From: Nemertoderma westbladi
Taxonomy: Eukaryota; Animalia; Xenacoelomorpha
Direction: 5' to 3'
NCBI GenBank assembly: GCA_032718475.1
Contig: JAUCBJ010008363.1
Coordinates: 1 to 64,000 of the forward strand
Length of the DNA: 64,000 bases
The position numbers were made by a program, and so were the translations under genes. Positions 23,801 to 38,300 of the stretch are shown here, in pieces. Position 1 is the stretch's first letter, and the number at the start of each line of letters is the position of its first letter. The notes beneath the pieces are model-generated. The model was given only the letters and a program-made list of their open reading frames with translations, did no database searches and had not been told where the DNA came from.

Positions 23801-26800
23801 TTAAATGAAAGTCAAAAGAGCAGGTAACACTTACATTTATAGAAGTAATCAGCTGTTCTTTGCTTCGTCTTTCCCCTGGAGATGGATGAATTTGATTGCG
23901 TCGGAACACCCCCTTTTTGTGGCTCTCAGAATGAAGATATAAGTAGCCTATCTCCCTGTTAATATTGTTGTGTTCTAGATTATTTAATATAGTTTCAACG
24001 TATTGCCAAAGCGGCTGGAGCCAAAGTTAATATGTGATACAATAATTCACCTCAAATTTCTCAGCTATTTCATGAATATAATGAGTATTAAAGCCATGTC
24101 AAAATCCTTGGTGTTTGTCAGCATTAATTTATTAAAATCTCCTCTGATTTTTTACAAAAAACGACATCGATTTTCATATTCATGACTTCTAACCCACTCC
24201 AAGAGATAGACAATCTTAAATGAAATTCAAAAGAGCAGGTAACACTTACATTTATAGAAGTAATCAGCTGTTCTTTGCTTCGTCTTTCCTCTGGAGATGG
24301 ATGAATTTTGATTGCGTCGGAACACCCCCTTTTTGAGGCTCTCAGAGTGAAGATATAAGTAGCCTATCTCCCTGTTAATATTGTTGTGTTCTAGAATATG
24401 TATTATAGTTTCATCGTATTGCCAAAGCGGCTGGAGCCGAAGTTAATACGTGATACAATAATTCACCTCAAATTTCTCAGCTATTTCATGAATATAATGA
24501 GTATTAAACGAAAGTCAAAAGAACAGGTAACACTTACATTTATAGAAGTAATCAGCTGTTATTTGCTTCGTCTTTCCCCTGGAGATGGTTAAATTTTGAT
24601 TGTGTCAAAACACCCCTCCCTACCTGTGGCTGTCTGAGTGGAGAGATAAGTAGCCTATCTTCCTGTTAATATTGTTGTGTTCTAGAATATTTATTATAGT
24701 TTCATCGTATTGCCAAAGCGGCTGGAGCCAAAGTTAATATGTAATGCAATAATTCACCTCAAATATCTCAGCTAGTTTATGAATATAATGAGTATTAAAT
24801 CCTTGTCAAAATAATTGGTGTTTTTCAGCATTAATTTATTAAAATCTCCTCTGATTTTTTACAAAAAACGACATCGATTTTCATATTTATAACTTCTAAC
24901 CCACTCCACGAGATAGAGAATCTTAAACGAAAGTCATAAGAACAGGTAACACTTACATTTATAGAAGTAATCAGCTGTTATTTGCTTCGTCGTTCTCCAG
25001 GAGATGGATTAATTTTGATTGCGTCGGAACACCCCCTATCTGTGGCTCTCAGAGTGAAGATATAAGTAGCCTAACTCCCTGTTAATATTGTTGTGTTCTA
25101 GAATATTTATTATAGTTTTATCGTATTAAATATCTCAAATAGTTCATGAATATAATGAGTATAAAATCCTTGGTCCTTGGTGTTTTTAAGCAATAATTTA
25201 TTAAAATCTCCTCTGATTTTTTACAAAAAACGACATCGATTTTCATATTCATGACTTCTCACCCACTCCAAGAGATAGACAATCTTAAATGAAATTCAAA
25301 AGAGCAGGTAACACTTACATTTATAGAAGTAATCAGCTGTTCTTTGCTTCGTCTTTCCTCTGGAGATGGATGAATTTTGATTGCGTCGGAACACCCCCTT
25401 TTTGAGGCTCTCAGAGTGAAGATATAAGTAGCCTATCTCCCTGTTAATATTGTTGTGTTCTTGAATATGTATTATAGTTTCATCGTATTGCCAAAGCGGC
25501 TGGAGCCGAAGTTAATACGTGATACAATAATTCACCTCAAATTTCTCAGCTATTTCATGAATATAATGAGTATTAAAGCCATGTCAAAATCCTTGGTGTT
25601 TTTCAGCATTAATTTATTAAAATCTCCTCTGATTTTTTACAAAAAACGACATCGATTTTCATATTCATGACTTCTAACCCACTCCAAGAGATAGACAATC
25701 TTAAATGAAAGTCAAAAGAGCAGGTAACACTTACATTTATAGAAGTAATCAGCTGTTCGTTGCTTCGTCTTTCCCCTGGAGATGGATGAATTTTGAATGC
25801 GTCGGAACACCCCCTTTTTGAGGCTCTCAGATTGAAGATATAAGTAGCCTAGCTCCCTGTTAATATTGTTGTGTTCTAGAATATGTATTATAGTTTCATC
25901 GTATTGCCAAAGCGGCTGGAGCCGAACTTAATATGTGATACAATAAATCACCTCAAATTTCTCAGCTATTTCATGAATATAATGAGTATTAAAGCCATGT
26001 CAAAATCCTTGGCGTTTTTCAGCAATAATTTATTAAAATCTCCTCTGATTTTTTACAAAAAACGACATCGATTTTCATATTCATGACTTCTAACCCACTC
26101 CAAGAGATAGACAATCTTAAATAAAAGTCAAAAGTGCAGGTAACACTTACATTTATAGAAGTAATCAGCTGTTCTTTGCTTCGTCTTTCCCCTGGAGATG
26201 GATGCATTTTGATTGTGTCAGAACACCCCCTTTTTGAGGCTCTCAGAGTGAAGAGATAAGTAGCATATCTCCCTGTTAATATTGTTGTGTTCTAGAATAT
26301 TAATTATAGTTTCATCGTGTTGCCAGAGCGGCTGGAGCCGAAGTTAATATGTGATCAATAATTCACCTCAAATTTCTCAGCTATTTCATGAATACAATGA
26401 GTATTAAAGCCATGTCAAAATCCTAGGGGTTTTTCAGCAATAATTTATTAAAATCTCCTCTGATTTTTTACAAAAAACGACATCGATTTTCATATTCATG
26501 ACTTCTAACCCACTCCAAGAGATAGACAATCTTAAATGAAATTCAAAAGAGCAGGTAACACTTACATTTATAGAAGTAATCAGCTGTTCTTTGCTTCGTC
26601 TTTCCTCTGGAGATGGATGAATTTTGATTGCGTCGGAACACCCCCTTTTTGAGGCTCTCAGAGTGAAGATATAAGTAGCCTATCTCCCTGTTACTATTGT
26701 TGTGTTCTAGAATATGTATTATAGTTTCATCGTATTGCCAAAGCGGCTGGAGCCGAAGTTAATACGTAATACAATAATTCACCTCAAATTTCTCAGCTAT

Positions 26801-29800
26801 TTCATGAATATAATGAGTATTAAACGAAAGTCAAAAGAACAGGTAACACTTACATTTATAGAAGTAATCAGCTGTTATTTGCTTCGTCTTTCCCCTGGAG
26901 ATGGTTAAATTTTGATTGTGTCAAAACACCCCTCCCTACCTGTGGCTGTCTGAGTGGAGAGATAAGTAGCCTATCTTCCTGTTAATATTGTTGTGTTCTA
27001 GAATATTTATTATAGTTTCATCGTATTGCCAAAGCGGCTGGAGCCAAAGTTAATATGTAATGCAATAATTCACCTCAAATATCTCAGCTAGTTTATGAAT
27101 ATAATGAGTATTAAATCCTTGTCAAAATAATTGGTGTTTTTCAGCAATAATTTATTAAAATCTCCTCTGATTTTTTACAAAAAACGACATCGATTTTCAT
27201 ATTCATGACTTCTAACCCACTCCAAGAGATAGACAATCTTAAATGAAAGTCAAAAGAGCAGGTAACACTTACATTTATAGAAGTAATCAGCTGTTCTTTG
27301 CTTCGTCTTTCCCCTGGAGATGGATGAATTTTGATTGCGTCGGAACACCCGCTTTTTGAGGCTCTAAGAGTAAAGAGATAATTAGCCTATTTCCCCGTTA
27401 ATATTGTTCTGTTGTAGAATATTTATTATAGTTTCATCGTATTGCTAATGTGGCTGGAGTTATTATGTAATGCAATAATTCACCTCAAATATCTAATTTT
27501 TTTCATGAACATAATGAAGTATTAAAGCCATGTCAAAATCCTTGGGCTTTCAGCAATAATTTATCAAAATATCCTCAGATTTTTTACAAAAAACGACATT
27601 GATTTTCATATTTATATCTTCTAACCCACTCCACGAGATAGATAATCTTAAACGAAAGTCATAAGAACAGGTAAAACTTACATTTATAGAAGTAATCAGC
27701 TGTTATTTGCTTCGTCTTTCCCCAGGAGATGGATGAAATTTGATTGCGTCGGAACACCCCCTTTTTGAGGCTCTCAGAGTGAAGATATAATTAGGCTATC
27801 TCCCTGTTAATATTGTTGTGTTCTAGAATATTTATTATAGTTTCATCGTATTGCCAAAGCGGCTGGAGCCGAAGATAATATGTATTACAATAACTGACCT
27901 AAAATTTCTCAGCTATTTCATGAACATAATGAAGTATTAAAGCCATGTCAAAATCCTTGGGCTTTCAGCAATAATTTATCAAAATATTCTCAGATTTTTT
28001 ACAAAAAACGACATCGATTTTCATATTTATAACTTCTAACCCACTCCACGAGATAGACAATCTTAAACGAAAGTCAAAAGAACAGGTAACACTTACATTT
28101 ATAGAAGTAATCAGCTGTTATTTGCTTCGTCTTTCCCCTGGAGATGGTTAAATTTTGATTGTGTCAAAACACCCCACCCTACCTGTGGCTTTCTGAGTGG
28201 AGAGATAAGTAGCCTATCTTCCTGTTAATATTGTTGTGTTCTAGAATATTTATTATAGTTTCATCGTATTGCCAAAGCGGCTGGAGCCAAAGTTAATATG
28301 TAATGCAATAATTCACCTCAAATATCTCAGCTAGTTTATGAATATAATGAGTATTAAATCCTTGTCAAAATAATTGGTGTTTTTCAGCAATAATTTATTA
28401 AAATCTCCTCTGATTTTTTACAAAAAACAACATCGATTTTCATATTCATGACTTCTAACCCACTCCAAGAGATAGACAATCTTAAATGAAAGTCAAAAGA
28501 GCAGGTAACACTTATATTTATAGAAGTAATCAGCTGTTCTTTGCTTCGTCTTTCCCCTGGAGATGGATGAATTTTGATTGCGTCGGAACACCCCCTTTTT
28601 GAGGCTCTAAGAGTAAAGAAATAAGTAGCCTATTTCCCCGTTAATATTGTTCTGTTGTAGAATATTTATTATAGTTTCATCGTATTGCTAATGTGGCTGG
28701 AGTTAAAGTTATTATGTAATGCAATAATTCACCTCAAATATCTACGTTTTTTCATGAACATAATGAAGTATTAAAGCCATGTCAAAATCCTTGGGCTTTC
28801 AGCAATAATTTATCAAAATATCCTCAGATTTTTTACAAAAAACGACATCGTTTTTCATATTTATATCTTCTAACCCACTCCACGAGATAGAGAATCTTAA
28901 ACGAAAGTCATAAGAACAGGTAAAACTTACATTTATAGAAGTATTCAGCTGTTATTTGCTTCATCTTTCCCCAGGAGATGGATGAATTTTGATTGCGTCG
29001 GAACACCCCCTTTTTGAGGCTCTCAGATTGAAGATATAAGTAGCCTAGCTCCCTGTTAATATTGTTGTGTTCTAGAATATGTATTATAGTTTCATCGTAT
29101 TGCCAAAGCGGCTGGAGCCGAACTTAATATGTGATACAATAAATCACCTCAAATTTCTCAGCTATTTCATGAATATAATGAGTATTAAAGCCATGTCAAA
29201 ATCCTTGGCGTTTTTCAGCAATAATTTATTAAAATCTCCTCTGATTTTTTACAAAAAACGACATCGATTTTCATATTCATGACTTCTAACCCACTCCAAG
29301 AGATAGACAATCTTAAATAAAAGTCAAAAGTGCAGGTAACACTTACATTTATAGAAGTAATCAGCTGTTCTTTGCTTCGTCTTTCCCCTGGAGATGGATG
29401 CATTTTGATTGTGTCAGAACACCCCCTTTTTGAGGCTCTCAGAGTGAAGAGATAAGTAGCATATCTCCCTGTTAATATTGTTGTGTTCTAGAATATTAAT
29501 TATAGTTTCATCGTGTTGCCAGAGCGGCTGGAGCCGAAGTTAATATGTGATCAATAATTCACCTCAAATTTCTCAGCTATTTCATGAATACAATGAGTAT
29601 TAAAGCCATGTCAAAATCCTAGGGGTTTTTCAGCAATAATTTATTAAAATCTCCTCTGATTTTTTACAAAAAACGACATCGATTTTCATATTCATGACTT
29701 CTAACCCACTCCAAGAGATAGACAATCTTAAATGAAATTCAAAAGAGCAGGTAACACTTACATTTATAGAAGTAATCAGCTGTTCTTTGCTTCGTCTTTC

Positions 29801-32800
29801 CTCTGGAGATGGATGAATTTTGATTGCGTCGGAACACCCCCTTTTTGAGGCTCTCAGAGTGAAGATATAAGTAGCCTATCTCCCTGTTACTATTGTTGTG
29901 TTCTAGAATATGTATTATAGTTTCATCGTATTGCCAAAGCGGCTGGAGCCGAAGTTAATACGTAATACAATAATTCACCTCAAATTTCTCAGCTATTTCA
30001 TGAATATAATGAGTATTAAACGAAAGTCAAAAGAACAGGTAACACTTACATTTATAGAAGTAATCAGCTGTTATTTGCTTCGTCTTTCCCCTGGAGATGG
30101 TTAAATTTTGATTGTGTCAAAACACCCCTCCCTACCTGTGGCTGTCTGAGTGGAGAGATAAGTAGCCTATCTTCCTGTTAATATTGTTGTGTTCTAGAAT
30201 ATTTATTATAGTTTCATCGTATTGCCAAAGCGGCTGGAGCCAAAGTTAATATGTAATGCAATAATTCACCTCAAATATCTCAGCTAGTTTATGAATATAA
30301 TGAGTATTAAATCCTTGTCAAAATAATTGGTGTTTTTCAGCAATAATTTATTAAAATCTCCTCTGATTTTTTACAAAAAACGACATCGATTTTCATATTC
30401 ATGACTTCTAACCCACTCCAAGAGATAGACAATCTTAAATGAAAGTCAAAAGAGCAGGTAACACTTACATTTATAGAAGTAATCAGCTGTTCTTTGCTTC
30501 GTCTTTCCCCTGGAGATGGATGAATTTTGATTGCGTCGGAACACCCGCTTTTTGAGGCTCTAAGAGTAAAGAGATAATTAGCCTATTTCCCCGTTAATAT
30601 TGTTCTGTTGTAGAATATTTATTATAGTTTCATCGTATTGCTAATGTGGCTGGAGTTATTATGTAATGCAATAATTCACCTCAAATATCTAATTTTTTTC
30701 ATGAACATAATGAAGTATTAAAGCCATGTCAAAATCCTTGGGCTTTCAGCAATAATTTATCAAAATATCCTCAGATTTTTTACAAAAAACGACATTGATT
30801 TTCATATTTATATCTTCTAACCCACTCCACGAGATAGATAATCTTAAACGAAAGTCATAAGAACAGGTAAAACTTACATTTATAGAAGTAATCAGCTGTT
30901 ATTTGCTTCGTCTTTCCCCAGGAGATGGATGAAATTTGATTGCGTCGGAACACCCCCTTTTTGAGGCTCTCAGAGTGAAGATATAATTAGGCTATCTCCC
31001 TGTTAATATTGTTGTGTTCTAGAATATTTATTATAGTTTCATCGTATTGCCAAAGCGGCTGGAGCCGAAGATAATATGTATTACAATAACTGACCTAAAA
31101 TTTCTCAGCTATTTCATGAACATAATGAAGTATTAAAGCCATGTCAAAATCCTTGGGCTTTCAGCAATAATTTATCAAAATATTCTCAGATTTTTTACAA
31201 AAAACGACATCGATTTTCATATTTATAACTTCTAACCCACTCCACGAGATAGACAATCTTAAACGAAAGTCAAAAGAACAGGTAACACTTACATTTATAG
31301 AAGTAATCAGCTGTTATTTGCTTCGTCTTTCCCCTGGAGATGGTTAAATTTTGATTGTGTCAAAACACCCCACCCTACCTGTGGCTTTCTGAGTGGAGAG
31401 ATAAGTAGCCTATCTTCCTGTTAATATTGTTGTGTTCTAGAATATTTATTATAGTTTCATCGTATTGCCAAAGCGGCTGGAGCCAAAGTTAATATGTAAT
31501 GCAATAATTCACCTCAAATATCTCAGCTAGTTTATGAATATAATGAGTATTAAATCCTTGTCAAAATAATTGGTGTTTTTCAGCAATAATTTATTAAAAT
31601 CTCCTCTGATTTTTTACAAAAAACAACATCGATTTTCATATTCATGACTTCTAACCCACTCCAAGAGATAGACAATCTTAAATGAAAGTCAAAAGAGCAG
31701 GTAACACTTATATTTATAGAAGTAATCAGCTGTTCTTTGCTTCGTCTTTCCCCTGGAGATGGATGAATTTTGATTGCGTCGGAACACCCCCTTTTTGAGG
31801 CTCTAAGAGTAAAGAAATAAGTAGCCTATTTCCCCGTTAATATTGTTCTGTTGTAGAATATTTATTATAGTTTCATCGTATTGCTAATGTGGCTGGAGTT
31901 AAAGTTATTATGTAATGCAATAATTCACCTCAAATATCTACGTTTTTTCATGAACATAATGAAGTATTAAAGCCATGTCAAAATCCTTGGGCTTTCAGCA
32001 ATAATTTATCAAAATATCCTCAGATTTTTTACAAAAAACGACATCGTTTTTCATATTTATATCTTCTAACCCACTCCACGAGATAGAGAATCTTAAACGA
32101 AAGTCATAAGAACAGGTAAAACTTACATTTATAGAAGTATTCAGCTGTTATTTGCTTCATCTTTCCCCAGGAGATGGATGAATTTTGATTGCGTCGGAAC
32201 ACCCCCTTTTTGAGGCTCTAAGAGTGAAGATATAAGTAGCCTATCTCCCTGTTAATATTGTTGTGTTCTAGAATATTTATTATAGTTTCATAGTTTTGCC
32301 AAAGCGGCTGGAGCCGAAGTTAATATGTGATACAATAATTCACCTCAAATTTCTCAGCTATTTCATGAATATAATGAGTATTAAAGCCATGTCAAAATTC
32401 TTGTGGTTTTTAAGCAATAATTAATCATAATATCCTTTGATTTTTTTCAAAAACCACTTCGATTTTTATATTTATAACTTCTAAGCCACTCCACGAGATA
32501 GAGAATCTTAAATGAAAGTCAAAAGAACAGGTAACACTTCCATTTATATAAGTAATCAGCTGTTCTTTGCTTCGTCTTTCCCCAGGAGATGGATGAATTT
32601 TGATTGCGTCGGAACACCCCCTTTCTGAGGCTCTCAGAGTGGAGAGATAATTAAAGTAGCCTATCTCCCTGTTAATATTGTTGTGTTCTAGAATATTTAT
32701 TATAGTTTCATCGTATTGCCAAAGCGGCTGGAGCCAAAGTTAATATGTAATGCAATAATTCACCTCAAATATCACAGCTAGTTCATGAATATAATGAGTA

Positions 32801-34708
32801 TTAAATCCTTGTTAAAATCCTTGGTGTTTTTCAGCAATAATTTATAAAAATCTCCTCTGATTTTTTACAAAAAACGACGTCGATTTTCATATTCATGACT
32901 TCTAACCCACTCCAAGAGATAGACAATCTTAAATGAAAGTCAAAAGAGCAGGTAACACTTACATTTATAGAAGTAATCAGCTGTTCTTTGCTTCGCCTTT
33001 CCAATGGAGATGGATGAATTTTGATTGCGTCGGAACACCCCCTTTTTGAGGCTCTAAGAGTAAAGAAATAAGTAGCCTATTTCCCCGTTAATATTGTTCT
33101 GTTGTAGAATATTTATTATAGTTTCATCGTATTGCTAATGTGGCTGGAGTTAAAGTTATTATGTAATGCAATAATTCACCTCAAATATCTAAGTTTTTTC
33201 ATGAACATAATGAAGTATTAAAGCCATGTCAAAATCCTTGGTGTTTTTCAGCAATAATTAATCAAAATATCCTTTGATTTTTTTCAAAAACCACCTCGAT
33301 TTTCATATTTATAACTTCTAACCCACTCCATGAGATAGCGAATCTTAAATGAAAGTCAAAAGAACAGGTAACACTTCCATTTATATAAGTAATCAGCTGT
33401 TCTTTGCTTCGTCTTTCCCCTGGAGATGGATGAATTTTGATTGCGTCGGAACACCCCCTTTTTGAGGCTCTCAGAGTGAAGATATAATTAGGCTATCTCC
33501 CTGTTAATATTGTTGTGTTCTAGAATATTTATTATAGTTTCATCGTATTACCAAAGCGGCTGGAGCCGAAGATAATATGTATTACAATAACTGACCTCAA
33601 ATTTCTCAGCTATTTCATGAACATAATGAAGTATTAAAGCCATGTCAAAATCCTTGGGCTTTCAGCAATAATTTATCAAAATATTCTCAGATTTTTTACA
33701 AAAAACGACATCGATTTTCATATTTATAACTTCTAACCCACTCCACGAGTTAAACAATCTTAAACGAAAGTCAAAAGAACAGGTAACACTTACATTTATA
33801 GAAGTAATCAGCTGTTATTTGCTTCGTCTTTCCCCTGGAGATGGTTAAATTTTGATAGTGTCAAAACACCCCTCCCTACCTGTGGCTGTCTGAGTGGAGA
33901 GATAAGTAGCCTATCTTCCTGTTAATATTGTTGTGTTCTAGAATATTTATTATAGTTTCATCGTATTGCCAAAGCGGCTGGAGCCAAAGTTAATATGCAA
34001 TGCAATAATTCACCTCAAATATCTCAGCTCGTTTATGAATATAATGAGTATTAAATCCTTGTCAAAATAATTGGTGTTTTTCAGCAATAATTTATTAAAA
34101 TCTCCTCTGATTTTTTACAAAAATCGACATCGATTTTAATATTCATGACTTCTAACCCACTCCAAGAGATAGACAATCTTAAATGAAAGTCAAAAGAGCA
34201 GGTAACACTTACATTTATAGAAGTAATCAGCTGTTCTTTGCTTCGCCTTTCCAATGGAGATGGATGAATTTTGATTGCGTCGGAACACCCCCTTTTTGAG
34301 GCTCTAAGAGTAAAGAAATAAGTAGCCTATTTCCCCGTTAATATTGTTCTGTTGTAGAATATTTATTATAGTTTCATCGTATTGCTAATGTGGCTGGAGT
34401 TAAAGTTATTATGTAATGCAATAATTCACCTCAAATATCTACGTTTTTTCATGAACATAATGAAGTATTAAAGCCATGTCAAAATCCTTGGGCTTTCAGC
34501 AATAATTTATCAAAATATCCTCAGATTTTTTACAAAAAACGACATCGTTTTTCATATTTATATCTTCTAACCCACTCCACGAGATAGAGAATCTTAAACG
34601 AAAGTCATAAGAACAGGTAAAACTTACATTTATAGAAGTATTCAGCTGTTATTTGCTTCGTCTTTTCCCAGGAGATGGATGAATTTTGATTGCGTCGGAA
34701 CACCCCCT

Positions 34709-35346
34709 CCTCTACTTGAGCATGTGGACGACTTCTGTTACCTGGGATCATGGATCCGGAAGTCAGGTGAGGACCTTCGAATACGTAAGGGAAAGGCATG
34801 GGCAGCCTTGAATAGGCTTTCCAGGATTTGGAAGTCACCTAGAATTAATCGGAAACTTAAGGTCCGATTATTTAGAGCAGCAGTAGTTCCAGTACTCCTC
34901 TACGGGAGTCCATGCTGGGCTCTAACTGCTGAGGACACCAAATCTCTGGATGGCACATTCACAAGAATGCTACGCCGGGTACATTGTGTCAAGTACAATG
35001 CACACATCTCCAACCAGACACTATATAACATTGGAGGTGTCTCATTGGTTCCCCCAAGCTTGACACTAGAACAAAATCGCCTCCGCTTTGCAGGACATTG
35101 CTTTCGCCGTGAGGACCAGCCAGTGCATAATCTTGTACTTTGGCAGCCTCATGGAGTGAATAAGCATGGTGGACAGCCCATGACTTTCTTGGGACGCATC
35201 TTAAAGGACACTGGCCTTAAAGATGCGGATGATCTAGCAGGTGTCATGGGTGATAGGGAGTTGTGGCGGTGCAATTTTGTTGACAAGCCGGCACAGCATT
35301 CTTAAAAATGCAGCTGCTATGCAGCATGCCGATCCTAGTAGTCCTA
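34709..35346 (+). mobile_element. 5'-truncated non-LTR retrotransposon (RTE-like LINE), RT C-terminus plus short 3' UTR
   Basis: VDDFCYLGSWI...DLRIRKGKAWAALNRLSRIWKS...KVRLFRAAVVPVLLYGSPCW...RMLRR...RLRFAGHCFR, typical of the RTE-group thumb/C-terminal region. The frame is open to the stop at 35305, then a GCTGC-TAT-GCAGC hairpin and a TCCTAGTAGTCCTAG tail. It replaces a few T residues of CACCCCCTTTTTGAGG. Confidence 0.88.
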
Positions 35347-38300
35347 GAGGCTCTCAGAGTGGAGAGATAATTAAAGTAGCCTATCTCCCTGTTAATATTG
35401 TTGTGTTCTAGAATATTTATTATAGTTTCATCGTATTGCCAAAGCGGCTGGAGCCAAAGTTAATATGTAATGCAATAATTCACCTCAAATATCACAGCTA
35501 GTTCATGAATATAATGAGTATTAAATCCTTGTCAAAATCCTTGGTGTTTTTCAGCAATAATTTATTAAAATCTCCTCTGATTTTTTACAAAAAACGACGT
35601 CGATTTTCATATTCATGACTTCTAACCCACTCCAAGAGATAGACAATCTTAAATGAAAGTCAAAAGAGCAGGTAACACTTACATTTATAGAAGTAATCAG
35701 CTGTTCTTTGCTTCGCCTTTCCCCTGGAGATGGATGAATTTTGATTGCGTCGGAACACCCCCTTTTTGAGGCTCTAAGAGTGAAGATATAAGTAGCCTAT
35801 CTCCCTGTTAATATTGTTGTGTTCTAGAATATTTATTATAGTTTCATAGTTTTGCCAAAGCGGCTGGAGCCAAAGTTAATATGTGATACAATAATTCACC
35901 TCAAATTTCTCAGCTATTTCATGAATATAATGAGTATTAAAGCCATGTCAAAATTCTTGTGGTTTTTAAGCAATAATTAATCATAATATCCTTTGATTTT
36001 TTTCAAAAACCACTTCGATTTTTATATTTATAACTTCTAAGCCACTCCACGAGATAGAGAATCTTAAATGAAAGTCAAAAGAACAGGTAACACTTCCATT
36101 TATATAAGTAATCAGCTGTTCTTTGCTTCGTCTTTCCCCTGGAGATGGATGAATTTTGATTGCGTCGGAACACCCCCTTTTTGAGGCTCTCAGAGTGAAG
36201 ATATAATTAGGCTATCTCCCTGTTAATATTGTTGTGTTCTAGAATATTTATTATAGTTTCATCGTATTGCCATAGCGGCTGGAGCCGAAGATAATATGTA
36301 TTACAATAACTGACCTCAAATTTCTCAGCTATTTCATGAACATAATGAAGTATTAAAGCCATGTCAAAATCCTTGGGCTTTCAGCAATAATTTATCAAAA
36401 TATTCTCAGATTTTTTTACAAAAAACGACATCGATTTTCATATTTATAACTTCTAACCCACTCCACGAGATAGACAATCTTAAACGAAAGTCAAAAGAAC
36501 AGGTAACACTTACATTTATAGAAGTAATCAGCTGTTATTTGCTTTGTCTTTCCCCTGGAGATGGTTAAATTTTGATTGTGTCAAAACACCCCTCCCTACC
36601 TGTGGCTGTCTGAGTGGAGAGATAAGTAGCCTATCTTCCTGTTAATATTGTTGTGTTCTAGAATATTTATTATAGTTTCATCGTATTGCCAAAGCGGCTG
36701 GAGCCAAAGTTAATATGTAATGCAATAATTCACCTCAAATATCTCAGCTAGTTCATGAATATAATGAGTATTAAAGCCATGTCAAAATCCTTGGGGTTTT
36801 TCAGCAATAATTTATCAAAATATCCTCTGATTTTTTTCAAAAACCACATCGATTTTCATATTAATAACTTCTAACCCACTCCACGAGATAGAGCATCTTA
36901 AACGAAAGTCATAAGAATAGGTAACACTTTCATTTATAGAAGTAATCAGCTGTTCTTTGCTTCGCCTTTCCCCTGGAGATGGATGAAATTTGATTACGTC
37001 GGAACACCCGCTTTTTGAGGCTCTAAGAGTAAATAGATAAGTAGCCTATTTCCCCGTTAATATTGTTCTGTTGTAGAATATTTATTATAGTTTCATCGTA
37101 TTGCTAATGTGGCTGGAGTTATTATGTAATGCAATAATTTACCTCAAATATCTAAGTTTTTTTATGAACATAATGAAGTATTAAAGCCATGTCAAAATCC
37201 TTGGGCTTTCAGCAATAATTTATCAAAATATCCTCAGATTTTTTACAAAAAACGACATCGATTTTCATATTTATATCTTCTAACCCACTCCACGAGATAG
37301 ATAATCTTAAACGAAAGTCATAAGAACAGGTAACACTTACATTTATAGAAGTAATCAGCAGTTATTTGCTTCGTCTTTCCCCAGGAGATGGATGAAATTT
37401 GATTGCGTCGGAACACCCCCTTTTTGAGGCTCTCAGAGTGAAGATAGAATTAGGCTATCTCCCTGTTAATATTGTTGTGTTCTAGAATATTTGTTATAGT
37501 TTCATCGTATTGCCAAAGCGGCTGGAGCCGAAGTTAATATGGGATAAAATAATTCACCTCAAATTTCTCAGCTATTTCATGAATATAATGAGTATTAAAG
37601 CCATGTCAAAATCCTTGGGCTTTCAGCAATAATTTATCAAAATATTCTCAGATTTTTTATAAAAAACGACATCGATTTTCATATTTATAACTTCTAACCC
37701 ACTCCACGAGAATTAGAATCTTAAACGAAAGTCATAAGAACAGGTAACACTTACATTTATAGAAGTAATCAGCTGTTATTTGCTTCGTCTTTCCCCAGGA
37801 GATGGATGAATTTTGATTGCGTCGGAACACCCCCTTTCTGAGGCTCTCAGAGTGGAAAGATAAGTAGCCTATCTCCCTGTTAATATTGTTGTGTTCTAGA
37901 ATATTTATTATAGTTTCATTGTATTGCCAAAGCGGCTGGAGCCGAAGTTAATATGTGATACAATAATTCACCTCAAATTTCTCAGCTATTTCATGAATAT
38001 AATGAGTATTAAAGCCATGTCAAAATCCTTGGGGTTTTTCAGCAATATTTTATCAAAATATCCTCTGATTTATTTCAAAAACCACATTGATTTTTATATT
38101 TATAACTTCTAAACCACTCCATGAGATAGCGAATCTTAAATGAAAGTCAAAAGAACAGGTAACACTTACATTTATAGAATATAAGTAATCAGTTGTTCTT
38201 TGCTTCGTCTTTCCCCTGAAGATGGATGAAATTTGATTGCGTCGAAACACCCCGTTTTTGAGGCTCTCAGAGTAAAGAGATAAGTAGCCTATCTCCCTGT

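Noticed and set aside
34679-34708. ATG start of a 208-aa gene
   Set aside because: The first ten codons are satellite sequence fused by chance to a truncated LINE ORF.
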